From Eledone cirrhosa (lineage: Eukaryota): DNA of 64,000 bases. Within the stretch, counting starts at the first letter, position 1, and every line of letters begins with the position of its first letter. The stretch is from contig OZ024741.1 in NCBI GenBank assembly GCA_964016885.1, positions 76,570,001 to 76,634,000 of the forward strand. Reading direction: 5' to 3'. The translations under genes and the position numbers were made by a program. Positions 13,397 to 24,649 of this stretch are shown piece after piece. The notes under the pieces are model-generated. The model made no database searches and was not told where the DNA came from. It saw only the letters and a program-made list of their open reading frames with translations.

Positions 13397-15720
13397 TTAG
13401 ACAATGTTACTGGAGAGGCATTTCCCGGATAGAGGGCAGTCAACCTGATTTCTACAATTACAGTTAGTACTAGCTACAAGGTTGCACGTGTTCCTACGGC
13501 TAGGTAATTTAGCTAAATTTGAAGCAGTGATGTTATGTTCAAGGTTAAGAGTCGTAGAGTAAGATATTTTAATGGTATTTCTATTAAAAATGTTATTATA
13601 TTTATGTGCTGAGGGGAAATGCTTCTTAATAAGGGAAAGAAAGATCTTAGCTAATGGTGTGGCCACCTCCATATTATATGGTGGGTTATACCATATAATG
13701 CGTCGGGATCTATTTTTCCTTGGTTTATGCTCATACTAAGTATGTGCTACCTTATCAACAAATCCACTCCGAGCAAGATCTTCATTGTAATATGTGGAAT
13801 GGTCGGTGAAAATATGCTCGTTTGTAGATAGATGGGAAAGCCTTAAAGGAACGTTTCTTACCAGGTTCTTGGTTATGCTGGCAGGATGGTTAGAATGCTT
13901 ACTTATGTAATTAAGCGTATCATTCGGCTTTCTATACGGGTAGTACAAGCTATCATCACTGTATCCAAGATGACACCTACTGCTTTTATCCCTCACATCA
14001 TCCAACTAAATCCTACCACAATTTGAGGGTAACGTCGAGGTAATTAACGACCGAGAGGTTGGCCTCAACCTGTATGGAGAGGTTGAAGACATTAAAGAAG
14101 GTTGTGAGTTCTTTTCTAAACCTGTCTCAAGCGCGTGGACTGCACTTTGTCTTGGTCAAAAGACCATCATCACGATACAAACCACCGCCCACATTGGGGA
14201 ATTCTTTCTTGATATAGAAAGAAGGAAAAGGCCGATAAGATCTGTAACCTCCGCCGAATCGCTGGCACCCATACTCACGTTGAATGGGGTACTATTAGAT
14301 TTTTTTATCCAAATAGAGTCATCATCATCATCATCATCATTTTTACGTCCACTTTTCCCTGCTTGCAAAGGTGGGACGAGAACTGATTCTGGCTTGATTT
14401 CTACAGCTGGATGCCCTTCCTAACACCAACCTCATTTACAGTGAGTGCTAGGTGCTTTTTTTGCCGTGGCACCTCCACGACCACTTTGCAGTGGAATGAT
14501 ATGGACCCCAGTCCTTATCATCTCATTTCTACAGCTGAGTAAACTGGAGCAATGTGAAATAAAGTCATCGAAATTAATCACTGACTTACGGGCATTGAGG
14601 ATGACATCACCGTGAGCGTTTTAGCGAAATTGAAAGCTCTGAGAAGTGGTAAAGTGATGGAGGAGTAGTAGTTGTTGATGTCGAATTGGATAAAACGGCA
14701 ATGTTCCTTGTTGCATATGCCATTGAAACAATCAATCACAGCGAAAGAATTATTCCACAGTGCAAGAGGGGCCAAGCTTCTAAATTCATGTATAATTCTA
14801 TCTAAAATCCTTTTACTAAGTCTACCTAAATCAGACTTCGTAGGGTTAATAAGCCGAATAGAGGGGTTATTAGCGAAATTGGGTTTGTGATCCTTCAGGG
14901 TAAAGTGGGGAGAAATAGGGTCCAGAGGTTCAGTCCAGTCCTGGATGTTGAGTTCAGAAGTGATTTTAAACCCAGCATCGTTGATGTCATTAATGACACT
15001 CCGATTGGTTTTCTGGTAATCCTTAGTTACAGCATTTTGTAGCAGTTGATGGTAAGTACTGCGCTCCACTTGATATAGATTACCAGTTTTGTCGGAGTGG
15101 ATGTGCACGGCATTAGAATCCTTAATAGAACGAATTCTATTCTTCAGATCCTGCTGGAAGGAATTGCTCATATTCCGAAATTTGATATTCCGTATGAGTT
15201 CCAAGACATCGTTTTCTAAGGGTAGCAATCCTGGGTTACTCTGGGGGTTATTATAAGTTTTAAACCCAAATTTATCCTGTTTATTGTCCGCTTTTTCCTG
15301 GTTATCGAAATAAAAGGCATGCCAACGCAACCTTTTAAGGAATGAATCAGTTTTTGTATCAGAAGTTTTAGATATGTCTTGCTAGGTAGGGGTATGTTCT
15401 TTGTAGAAATATTCAGGTGTTGTTTCTGCATGATGAATATAATTCAATAGAGTGCTCAACCGAGGGAATGTTCGTATGTGTGCGGGTACATGTGTCATGA
15501 GGGTTTATGTATACGTGCGCGTGCTTATGTGTACGTGCATGTATATGCATGGATGGCAGGTGTTTTCGCGTTTGCATGTGTACATATGTATATAGATGCA
15601 TGTATGTATATATTTAATTATTACTTTTATGATTTTAATAACCTGTCATTTTCGTTCTACTAATTTATTTACATTATTCTTAACTCTGAAGCTGAGAATC
15701 ATTTGGTTTTCTAAATAGAA
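13397..15720 (-). mobile_element. Degenerate Penelope-like element (RT plus start of the GIY-YIG region)
   Basis: MRWHAF..., SDKTGNLY, KDHKPNF...RLINPTKS, QFDINNYYSSI, MGASDSAEV.DL.G, YLDVTL, YYPYRKP, SNHP, WYNPPY, KISYS, CNCR..CPL.G.C; several frameshifts. Confidence 0.9.
14319..14565 (-). mobile_element. 5'-truncated CORE-type SINE with RTE-derived tail inserted in the Penelope RT
   Basis: Matches copies at 23485-23863 and 56455-56789; junctions AATAGAGTCATC / AATAAAGTCATC. Confidence 0.85.
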
Positions 15721-15849
15721 TATTAGTCTACAACTAATATTCTTTTGTGGCCAACAGCGGTATAAGCTCTCTGAACTTTTTCCATCCCGTTCTGACTCTG
15801 GCTACTGTACTTTCAGAACACCCTCCATTTACATGTGTATTACTTATGT

Positions 15850-16203
15850 TTCAGGGAGTGTTATGCACATAAAATTCAACATTTTGATCTCCTAGAGCCC
15901 GCATTAGGTGAAAAGCTTCATTTTTTCAGCTTTTTAGGGCTTTTTTGAGGCATTACGTCTAGCCGATGAGGCATATTATGCACATAAAAAAATTCATTTT
16001 CTTGGTCCCCTAGGACCCGCATTAGGTGAAAACCTGCATTTTTCCTGCTTCATCGAGGAAAATCTTAGATTATCCAGCCATCAGAGTATTTGGTTTATTT
16101 TCTTTACATATTGTCCAGGCATGCAGTTTTTCCACGATTAGGTCTGTTGGCGGCCTGCGTTCCAAAATAACTTATCCCGTGCAACGTGGGTACCACTGCT
16201 AGT
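15850..16203 (+). mobile_element. Non-autonomous Helitron-like remnant
   Basis: 3' end CCCGTGCAACGTGGG hairpin followed by CTAG|T (16199-16203); two internal ~115-bp direct repeats (TATGCACATAAAA...CCCGCATTAGGTGAAAA). 5' boundary uncertain. Confidence 0.6.
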
Positions 16204-16269
16204 ATATATATATACACACACACACATAAATATATATATTGGCCCACACTGTAACACATTTTTCCTTTC

Positions 16270-17590
16270 ATTATCCATCCCATCGCAATAAGAATGATTA
16301 TGTCTAGTCCTTGCTGAGGATTTACTCACCATATCCATAATGAAGCATTTTCTGCTTCCTTCTCCAGTCCTTGAATTACCTCTGTACTCTCCTTTCTAAG
16401 TTTAATATCAGTCAGGTACAACATAGTAGATCGAGCCACAAATCCATGACAGCCCATCTCTACAGCAAGCAATGTACACTACCTTAAGTCCTTTATATTT
16501 TAGATTCTTTCTATTATGCATCTTCTCCATATTGCCTCCACAAGGCACTATTAACAATAAGGTCTTTTTTTTTTATCAAGTCAGACCATGCCATAAGGTG
16601 AGGATACCTGCACCTTCCAGAAGTCTGGATGCCATCTTTCCTTTGTTTATACTCCTGCATTGTCTTATCTCTCCCTTCTTGGAAAGACAGCTTAGTGAAA
16701 CTTGTACTGATTTTTCTGCTTTTACGCTGCTGCATTGTTGTAATGTGTTAGCGAGAACACTGAGGATTTGGTTATGCTGCCAAGCATATATAACGGCGGC
16801 GAAGATTCGAAACCGAATCTCAGCTTTCCCACCTCTGGGAAAGCCGTGGTTAGTTGTTTATGCCCGGCAGACCAACCCCTTGGGAGATGCTAAACACAGG
16901 TCAGATGTTGTTTTCGCCTGGCAAAAAAAGAGGTCAGATATATCCATCCTTCTAAGTTGTTTATGCCCGGCAGAGCAACCCCTTGGGAGATTCTAACCAA
17001 AGGTCATAGGATATATCTATCCTTCTAACTTCAACCCTTATAAATACAAGGGTTGTTTATGCACCGTCAGAAAAGAGGGGACTACAGACAAGACAGATCG
17101 CATTTACACGCTCTCGTCACGAAAAACGTCTGTCTACTATTTTCTCACACGCCTGGCTGAGTGATTACTACTACTGCTAAAACAAGAAAGTATACTAATA
17201 CGCACACACACACACACATAGTAAGTTCACATTGTTTGTATTTTACACGTACCATTTCTGTTTGTCAGATTGTACCTTTCAGATACAATACAATTATATT
17301 ATAATCGTATTCTGTGACACTTGTATTTACGTGGCTCGAAGAGCCACGTACTTATTGTACGAATATTTCATGTTATAGATTTTATCATTCAATATTCAAA
17401 TTGAATATTGTTATAATAAAATAAACATTGTAACAACACAATCCTGGTATTATTCTTTGCATTGAAACCATCATACCAACAATTCCATCTATTCACTTAT
17501 CCGTTACAACCGGAATATTCGCTACACATACTTTGTAAGTGATGATTTACATGCTGCTAGAACATGTTGCATAACCCTAACATCAATGAC
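16270..17590 (-). mobile_element. Remnant of an RLE-type non-LTR retrotransposon (HERO-like), split by the insertion at 16737-17510
   Basis: HVLAACKSSLTKY (zinc-knuckle end) at about 17520-17580; YPHLMAWS...VP..NMEKMHNRKNLKY...LAVEMGCHGFVAR at about 16430-16620. Confidence 0.6.
16737..17510 (+). mobile_element. Putative solo LTR (~770 bp)
   Basis: Ends GTTGTAA...TTACAAC (TG..CA inside); two ~100-bp direct repeats at 16850-17030, TATAAA at about 17038, AATAAA at about 17415; interrupts the RLE remnant. No clear TSD. Confidence 0.45.
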
Positions 17591-18115
17591 AATCTGTAAT
17601 GTCACTCCACTCTCACTAACTAATATTGGTTGTGGATGGGAGCACATCACAAACCACTCTCAAAGGGAATTGCAGCTTGGATGGAAGGACGTTAAACGAT
17701 AATGATGATGATAACCTGTTCCACAATAGCTTTGTTCTGCTATCTCCAATGCAATCTATGCACATTGGCCTCCTAATCCTACTACCTTAGTCACACATTA
17801 CTCCTCCTTAATATGATGAACTTGTTTGGTTACCATTTCTCACCTTCCTTTGTTATTCTGGCAGACACCTATTTGTTCTGTGTTTGTCCCAGCCCTACTT
17901 ATGTGTTCTGCACTGCACCTATCATCACTTTCATTTTCAAAAAGATTTGTTTCCTTTACCGCTCCATTTTCTTCCTGTTACTAATTTTTGTTGGGCTGTG
18001 TCAACAATGGGATCCTCAAATCCTCCCTCACTAAACAGTGAAAAAAAATTGTATATGTACCCTTATTAAATGGAAAATTAACCAACAACAAATATGCAAG
18101 AAACAGAAAACTCAC

Positions 18116-18198
18116 AAGCATTTGGAAATTCAAGGGAGCTTGACAAATAAACTGACCCAGGTCCTGGCAGATGTGTGGCAATCACAGCAGAAACCAGT
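18116..18198 (-). CDS. HTD2: HTD2 coding exon 2
   Basis: TTTTCAG acceptor, GTGAGT donor; 83 nt, phase 2 to phase 1; encodes (G)LVSAVIATHLPGPGSVYLSSSLEFPNA(L), continuing the MaoC consensus. Confidence 0.9.
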
Positions 18199-18468
18199 CT
18201 GAAAATGATCAATGGTGTCTATATGTTATTAACCATACAACTATTGTTTTGTAAACAATGTCCTTAACATAGTATCTAATTTATTTTGTTCAGTGGCAAT
18301 GACTAGAGCAAGTAATAGACTATAGTAGTAACAGTCCCAGTCTTAAATGTGGCTTATGAGTAAGATTAATACAGTTGTAATAATCTCAGTCTAAAGAGAC
18401 TATGGTTAATGTATAAGATACTCATTGTAACAATGTAACAGTTTCAGTCTTTAAGACACTGTGATTAA

Positions 18469-18688
18469 CCCTTTAATATTTAAACCGGTTGTATCCGGCC
18501 AGAATTCTCTCACCTCTTTCTGTTCAAACTGGCTGTAACCGGTCGCTCATACTGATGTAAGGTATTGTTCTCAAAATAAATAATATCAAAATCTCATAGA
18601 TTTGATATTATGTGTGATAATTTTGTGAGGTAAAGCCTTTACCATGAAAATATGATAGTAAATATAGAGTAATGTAAATGCTAAAGGA
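18469..18688. mobile_element. piggyBac-type MITE
   Basis: TTAA|CCCTTTAATATTT ... AAATGCTAAAGGA|TTAA: imperfect 13-bp TIRs with TTAA TSD. Confidence 0.7.
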
Positions 18689-19029
18689 TTAAGAAAAAAG
18701 TCAATGTTTACCAAATCAGAAGGATCCAGGCAGTCAGTGCTTATATCTGGTTTCCAAATTAGCATGTGCATAAGAGACTAATCACCCACTGGACAAGTTG
18801 CTAATCTTTTGTGGGTTAGCTTTTATTACAGTATATTGAATTTGGCAAGCATGTATCAATCTTACAATGGTGTTACTGTTAACAGTATTGAATTGTAGCA
18901 TCATTTATATGTGCCAACAAGGAAACTTCTAAGTCAGAACTTTCCAAAATGTTCCCATTAACAACACACATTTTGAAACCTAATTTCTTGTGATATGTTG
19001 ATTCAAATCTCATTAGGATTTACTTTGCT

Positions 19030-19262
19030 TTTTATTCTCTGGCAGTGGAGACTTCTGGTGTCCTCGGCCCCAGGGCTACCTCCTTACTCACCACCATAGG
19101 CGCTGAGCTGGCCAGCCGCAGGTGTGAGTCCCATGAGTTGGAGTGGCTCTTCCAGCGCGTCTCCTCGCCGTCCTCCGGGGAAACGCCTTCTCCATTCTGT
19201 CCGCCGGGGATGTGGGTGGGCCCCATTGCGTACCGTTGTAGTTGTTGTAGAAGAAACGGGTT
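19030..19262 (+). mobile_element. CRE-like (RLE) non-LTR retrotransposon 3' fragment
   Basis: AVETSGVLGPRATSLLTTIGAELA...WLFQRVSLAVLRGNAFSIL; second copy at 52548-52716 (-). Confidence 0.65.
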
Positions 19263-19994
19263 CCACTTGTATATTGTATATATTTTTTATTTGTTATGCT
19301 TTCAAATAACATTACAAGTCCTTATCACTAACTTCATTCTTCAGTGTCAGTCAAATGTAGAAGTGATTTAATCAACTATACTCATGCACCCAAAATATGG
19401 GGTTCTATCTCAATGTTAAAAAACAATATTTTTACCAGAAAGATGGAATGCCAAAACTAAATTCAATTCCTTAGAGAAATTTCGTATCAGTAAAGTAATA
19501 GGATCCATATAATCAACTGTTCCAAATCCATAAAAAGTTTGATTTTTATTTATTACTATTTTGCCTTTAATCACATTCAAGCAGTAACCAACCAATCTAT
19601 GAAGATAATTTGGCTGCTTTTTCTAGCAGGTTAAGTGACCGTGTAGAGGTTCCATCGTCGTCTAATACAAGTGTAATGTAGTATAAGGAGTGGTTCCAAC
19701 GTTGTGCTCCAAGCCGTAACACCATAACTTATGGTGACTTTAGCGGTGCATACACCGTTACAAACATTCGAGCCAAGCCTCTGGTAACTAGACAAACCCT
19801 TCCCACCTCAAACCTGTCTTGCAGACACCGTAAAGGGCAACGGGGATTGCTTTTACTCGATTAAGTAATAAAAAAAAAAATTAAATTTATTCTAATATTT
19901 ACATATAAATTGTTCGATTTATCCTTTTCGTAAGAATCTATTGGAGTCCCCCTGACACCACACAGGGATATTGCCATTAGCAAACTGTTTATAT

Positions 19995-20482
19995 GTATTT
20001 TGTGACTCGTACACTGTTCATTTTCCTGACATTTATACATTATTCTATGTACTGGGAAACCTCTCTAATGATTTTTGAGGCATCACCCGAGGCAACGCTG
20101 CGAGTGTTCTGGAATGCCTCAAAAATCATTAGAGAGGTTGCCCAGTATTCCTCGCGACGTTGCTGTCTTTTGCTCTGGTGTTGGCTCGTTGTTCGCCCCT
20201 TCCTTTACATTTTCTTTAATATTGCAACATTAAAAGAATATACCTTTCAGAATGAATCGCGAGCTATTTATAATGTTATCGAAGCATTTGTAATGTTATT
20301 TATGTATATATTTAAAACATATTTGTTATTCCACTGTAAATTTATTTATATGCTGTTTATATTTTCATTCTGAAAGAATTGCAAACGATTTGTAATGTTT
20401 CTATGTACTATAGATGCACCTTTGATGAGTTGTAGTGCACATGAGCACTGTACATAATAATTTCATTATTATTATTATTATT
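19995..20482 (+). mobile_element. CR1 3' UTR fragment containing a nested ~345-bp insertion with a hairpin end
   Basis: CR1 tail (GAGTTGTAGTGCAC..GAGCACTGTACA..AATAATTTC(ATT)n); TSD TTCTATGTACT at 20043-20053 and 20399-20409. Confidence 0.75.
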
Positions 20483-20590
20483 TTTATATTGCTAAAAAAA
20501 AATTGATATTTTTGTTCCAACCAACCAATAGTATATACAAGATTGATTATTCTAAAAAAATAAACATGAAGAGTAAACACAATATCTTAC

Positions 20591-20874
20591 CCACTGATTA
20601 ACACACCGTGCACAATACATTGCTTAAATCGAGTTTTTCTGGCGTATTCGGGGTCAAAATGAATTGGGTTAAAGTCAAGGGTTAAATCAGCGAGGGTTCT
20701 AAGATGAGAATGTTTGAAAGTTCGGGATAGACTCGCGCTATCACCTATTTTAAATTCACATTGTATACGGCGTGAGATATTACGCCGGAGATACTGTGTT
20801 TTATCCACGGAGATCAAATTGGAATTGTTCAACTTGCTACAGTTGACATGCGAAAGAATTCTCCAGATAAACAT
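20591..20874 (-). CDS. HTD2: HTD2 (mitochondrial 3-hydroxyacyl-thioester dehydratase, MaoC/hot-dog fold), coding exon 1
   Basis: ATG at 20874; R/S-rich presequence-like N-terminus, then KIGDSASLSRTF...DFNPIHFD...IVHGVLISG (hydratase-2 D-x-N-P-I-H motif); ends GG|GTAAG donor (phase 2). Confidence 0.9.
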
Positions 20875-21029
20875 ATTAGGAATCTTTTACTGTTTATAAA
20901 TAACGGAAATACTTATACCGCATGCCGTTAAGTAAACAGGATACTTTAGGTCATTCCGGATACATTGTGCATGTAAGGGACATAACTCAAAATTGATTCG
21001 TCAAAAATGTATTACTTTTCAATTCTTAT

Positions 21030-21225
21030 AATAATTGTTTCTACTCTTGGCACAAGGTCAGCAATTAACCAGTACATTACTGGTACCTTATTTTATCGAC
21101 CCCGTAAGGATGAAAGGCAAAGTTGACCTCGGCGGGATTTGAACTCAGAATGGCAAGGGCCGTAACTCTATGCGTCAAAGCATGGCATCCGACCCTCTAC
21201 CGATCCTGCCAACCCACCGCCTTTT
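21030..21225 (-). mobile_element. tRNA-derived SINE with Meta-like central domain
   Basis: Reverse complement of GAGTTCAAATCCCGCCGAGGTCAACTTTGCCTTTCATCCTTACGGGGTCGATAAAATAAG; A/B boxes present. Confidence 0.8.
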
Positions 21226-21517
21226 AATAATAATAATAATGAAATTATTGTGTACAGTGCTCAGGTGCACTACAACTCATCAAATATGCATGTATAGTAC
21301 ATAGAATAATATACAAATAACACATGCCCACGTGTGTTAGAAACGAATCCTTTATTTGTATATTCATTCGACACATCATTCACTTTCGCATACCGATCTC
21401 TTAATTTATCGACCCCCTTCGTAAAACGGGTTGTTTCTTGATACAGTCACTTCATTTTCTTAATAAAGATTATCTATTATTAAGTATATAAAATAAAAAC
21501 TATTTACCATAAGAATA

Positions 21518-22095
21518 GATTGACCGCCTGGAAACTGTTCAGAGACGTGCAACCAAGCGAATTCCCTCCATCAGGCATCTACCATACTCTGAGCGCCTTG
21601 CTTCCCTGGGTATGGATACATTGAAGCTCCGACGCCTGGCAACTGACTTGGTAAACACCCACAAAATTGTTAACCATCTTGCCAACAATAACCCTGAGTA
21701 CCTTTCTGATTTCCATGTGTTTAACACACGTGGGCATGCCCACAAAGTCAGTAAACAGCACAGTTCCCATGACTTTCGGAAACATTTTTTCACGCTCAGA
21801 GTTGCTGAAGCATGGAACAAACTCCCTGCATCGATTGTTAGCTGTCGAGACACTGCATCCTTTAAAACCTCCATGCTTCCCGAGATTCGCCAACACTGCA
21901 CCTAATGTTCCCCCTCCACACACATACACACATGTATATCATGACTCATACACTATCACTTCCCTGACATTTGTATATTATTCTATGTACTATACATGCA
22001 CCTTTGACGAGTTGTAGTGCACCTGAGCACTTTACACAATAATTTCATTATCATTAAAATAAAGAAATCATTATTATTATTATCATTATTATTTT
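21518..22095 (+). mobile_element. CR1 LINE 3' fragment
   Basis: LETVQRRATKRIP...HFFTLRVAEAWNKLP, nearly identical to 62050-62540; (ATT)n tail. Confidence 0.9.
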
Positions 22096-22586
22096 CGTGT
22101 ATATTATATTGGGGCATTTATTTATATATAAACATGATTTACAAAAGAAACAAGTCGATAGAAATTAATCTGAGAAACAAAGGAAAAACGCAAGGATACA
22201 GGCACACGCTACTCCCGGGAATACTGGTGTTTCCAGTGCCGGGTTTAGGACAAATGATGCCCTGTGCTAGTTAAGCTATGAGACCCCATACTCATAAAAA
22301 ATTAATCGTAAAAATTATTTTTGCAGAAAGCACACCTACGCACAATGGTAAATCGGGCAATGGTTGTTTCCCTAAAATATACCTCATTTACAGTGAGTGC
22401 TGTATATACGGGTATAAATTTATGGTACCCATTTGCGTGTGTTGTATCAAGGCAAATAACTTTGTGTCTACTCTGGAATTTATACATTACATTACCTATT
22501 GAGTACGCTGAGATACAACCGGTACTAGCAACGAAACCTTATGCTATATACATATATATATTGCTGGCCTTGTAGAAACAATTATT

Positions 22587-22630
<44 letters not shown>

Positions 22631-22634
22631 ATAA

Positions 22635-23265
22635 AGGGTGGTGGATTGGCAGAATCGGTAGAGGGTCTGACGCCATTCTTTGCAGAAAAGAGTTACAACC
22701 CTTTATGGTCTGAGTTCAAATCCCGCCGAGGTTAACTTTGCCTTTCATCCTTACGGGGTCGATAAAATAAAGTACCAGTAATACACTGGGATAATTGCTG
22801 GCCTTGTGCCAAAAGTAGAAACAATTATTATATATAGATATATAGATATATATATAAGATTTTCTTGCTAGTACCGGTTGCATCTCAGTGTACTCAATAG
22901 GTGAGGTTATGTATAAATTTCAGAGAAGACACAAAGTTATTTGCCTCGATACAACACACATAAATGGGTACCATAAATTTATACCCGTACTCGAGTATAT
23001 ATATCAAATAATTATTTCTACTTTTGGCACAAGGCCAGCAATTACCCAAGTGCATTACTGGTGCTTTATTTTATCGACCCTGTAAGGATGAAAGGCAAAG
23101 TTAACCTCGGCAGGATTTGAACTCCAAATAATTGTTTCTACTTTAGGCACAAGGCCAGCAATTACCCAGTGCATTACTGGTACTTTATTTTATCGACCCC
23201 ATAAGGATGAAAGGCAAAGTCAACCTCTCATCCTTACGGGGTCGATAAAAAATTTGAACTCCAAA
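22635..23265. mobile_element. Cluster of Meta-type SINE copies (22635-22830 +; 23005-23125 - and 23126-23228 - in tandem)
   Basis: A box TGGCAGAATCGG, B box GAGTTCAAATCC, central CCTTTCATCCTTACGGGGTCGATAAAATAAAGTACCAG, tail TAGAAACAATTATT. Confidence 0.8.
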
Positions 23266-23484
23266 TAATGGGAGTTAAGATGGGATTAATTCACCATAAT
23301 TATTTATTGCATGATATATATTTCTATTATATGGTTATTCATGTAGATCAGCGTATGCCAACCTACATCACATTAGGATAGTTGTACATGGCCACCGGCA
23401 TATCCCAATGATTGCATAATTGCACCTATGATTGCGCAAGCATCTGATGAAGTCACATGAATAACCATATAACAGAAATATATA

Positions 23485-23863
23485 TCATCATCATCTTACG
23501 TCCGCTTTTCCCTACTTGCAAGGGTGGGACGGGAACTGATTCTGGCTTGATTTCTACAGCTGGATGCCCTTCCTAACACCAAGCTCATTTACAGTGAGTG
23601 CTGGGTGCTTTTTTTCCATGGCCTACACATCCACTTTACAGTGTAGGCTGGGTGCTTTTTTTGCCGTGGCACCTCCACGACCACTTTGCAGTGGCATGAT
23701 AGGGACCCCAGTCCTATCATCTCATTTCTACAGCTGAGTAAACTGGAGCAATGTGAAATAAAGTGTCTTGCTCAAGGAAACAACACATCACCCGGTCTGA
23801 GATTTGAACTCACAATCTTTCGATTGCAAGGCCAATGTTCTAACCACTAAGCCATGTGCCTCC
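23485..23863 (-). mobile_element. Full-length tRNA-derived CORE-type SINE with RTE 3' tail
   Basis: Head GGAGGCACATGGCTTAGTGGTTAG (A box), GAGTTCAAATC (B box), CCTTGAGCAAGACACTT...CAGTTTACTCAGCTGTAGAAATGAG (CORE-like); tail matches the RTE 3' UTR. Confidence 0.85.
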
Positions 23864-24649
23864 ATCATGCAATAAACAATTATGGTGAATTAATACTCCA
23901 TCACTCATAATCACCTACCTGGGATAAACTATTGACGTGAAGTTCTTTGGATTGCTAGGACCGGCTTATCCTCAAGAAGTTACAATGTAACAACTAAGAT
24001 AAGCAACATTCTTCTGGAATATATATATGTATATATACACACACACACACACATACAGAGAAATAGACAGATAGATACATGCATACACACACATATATAT
24101 GTATAAATACCTCAACCATCTCAGTAATATTTTCAAAATATCTTCCTTTATTTCTTTTAGCATATGGCCAATGTTAATGGCTATTCCACTTCTGCCAGTC
24201 CTTGTAAAGGTGTTTGCAAAAGTTAGAAATGTCTGGAACATATCAGAGTTGCTTTTAAAAGTGTAATAGATTTTTCTCTATTGGTTATTTGCCATTGGTT
24301 GTTGGAAATGAAAGCTCCCACTAGTGCTGAACATAGCACATACCATCTCATTTGATGATATCCAGAATTCTGAATAGTAAATCTTCATCATCTATATTAA
24401 CAGAAGCTATTTTAATGGCAGCTATCTGCTGTTGATGTAAAATTTGTGCAACAGAAAATCTAGCGTCTGCACAAATGTATGTTGAATATCTTAAGAGGTT
24501 CATGTTTTTAATGTTGAATGTAAGTCCGTTTAATATTCCTCTAAGACATTGTTCTCCTTGGTGTAATGATTGTTGCTCAGTGGCATAGTGTTTGCTACCA
24601 GGTGCCTTTGAGTTTATAATGACAATTTTACTATCCTAACCATGAGTCA

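Noticed and set aside
23780-23863. tRNA-like A/B-box sequences (also 22640-22725, 53330-53410, 56710-56789)
   Set aside because: These are SINE heads followed by core and tail domains, without a complete cloverleaf.
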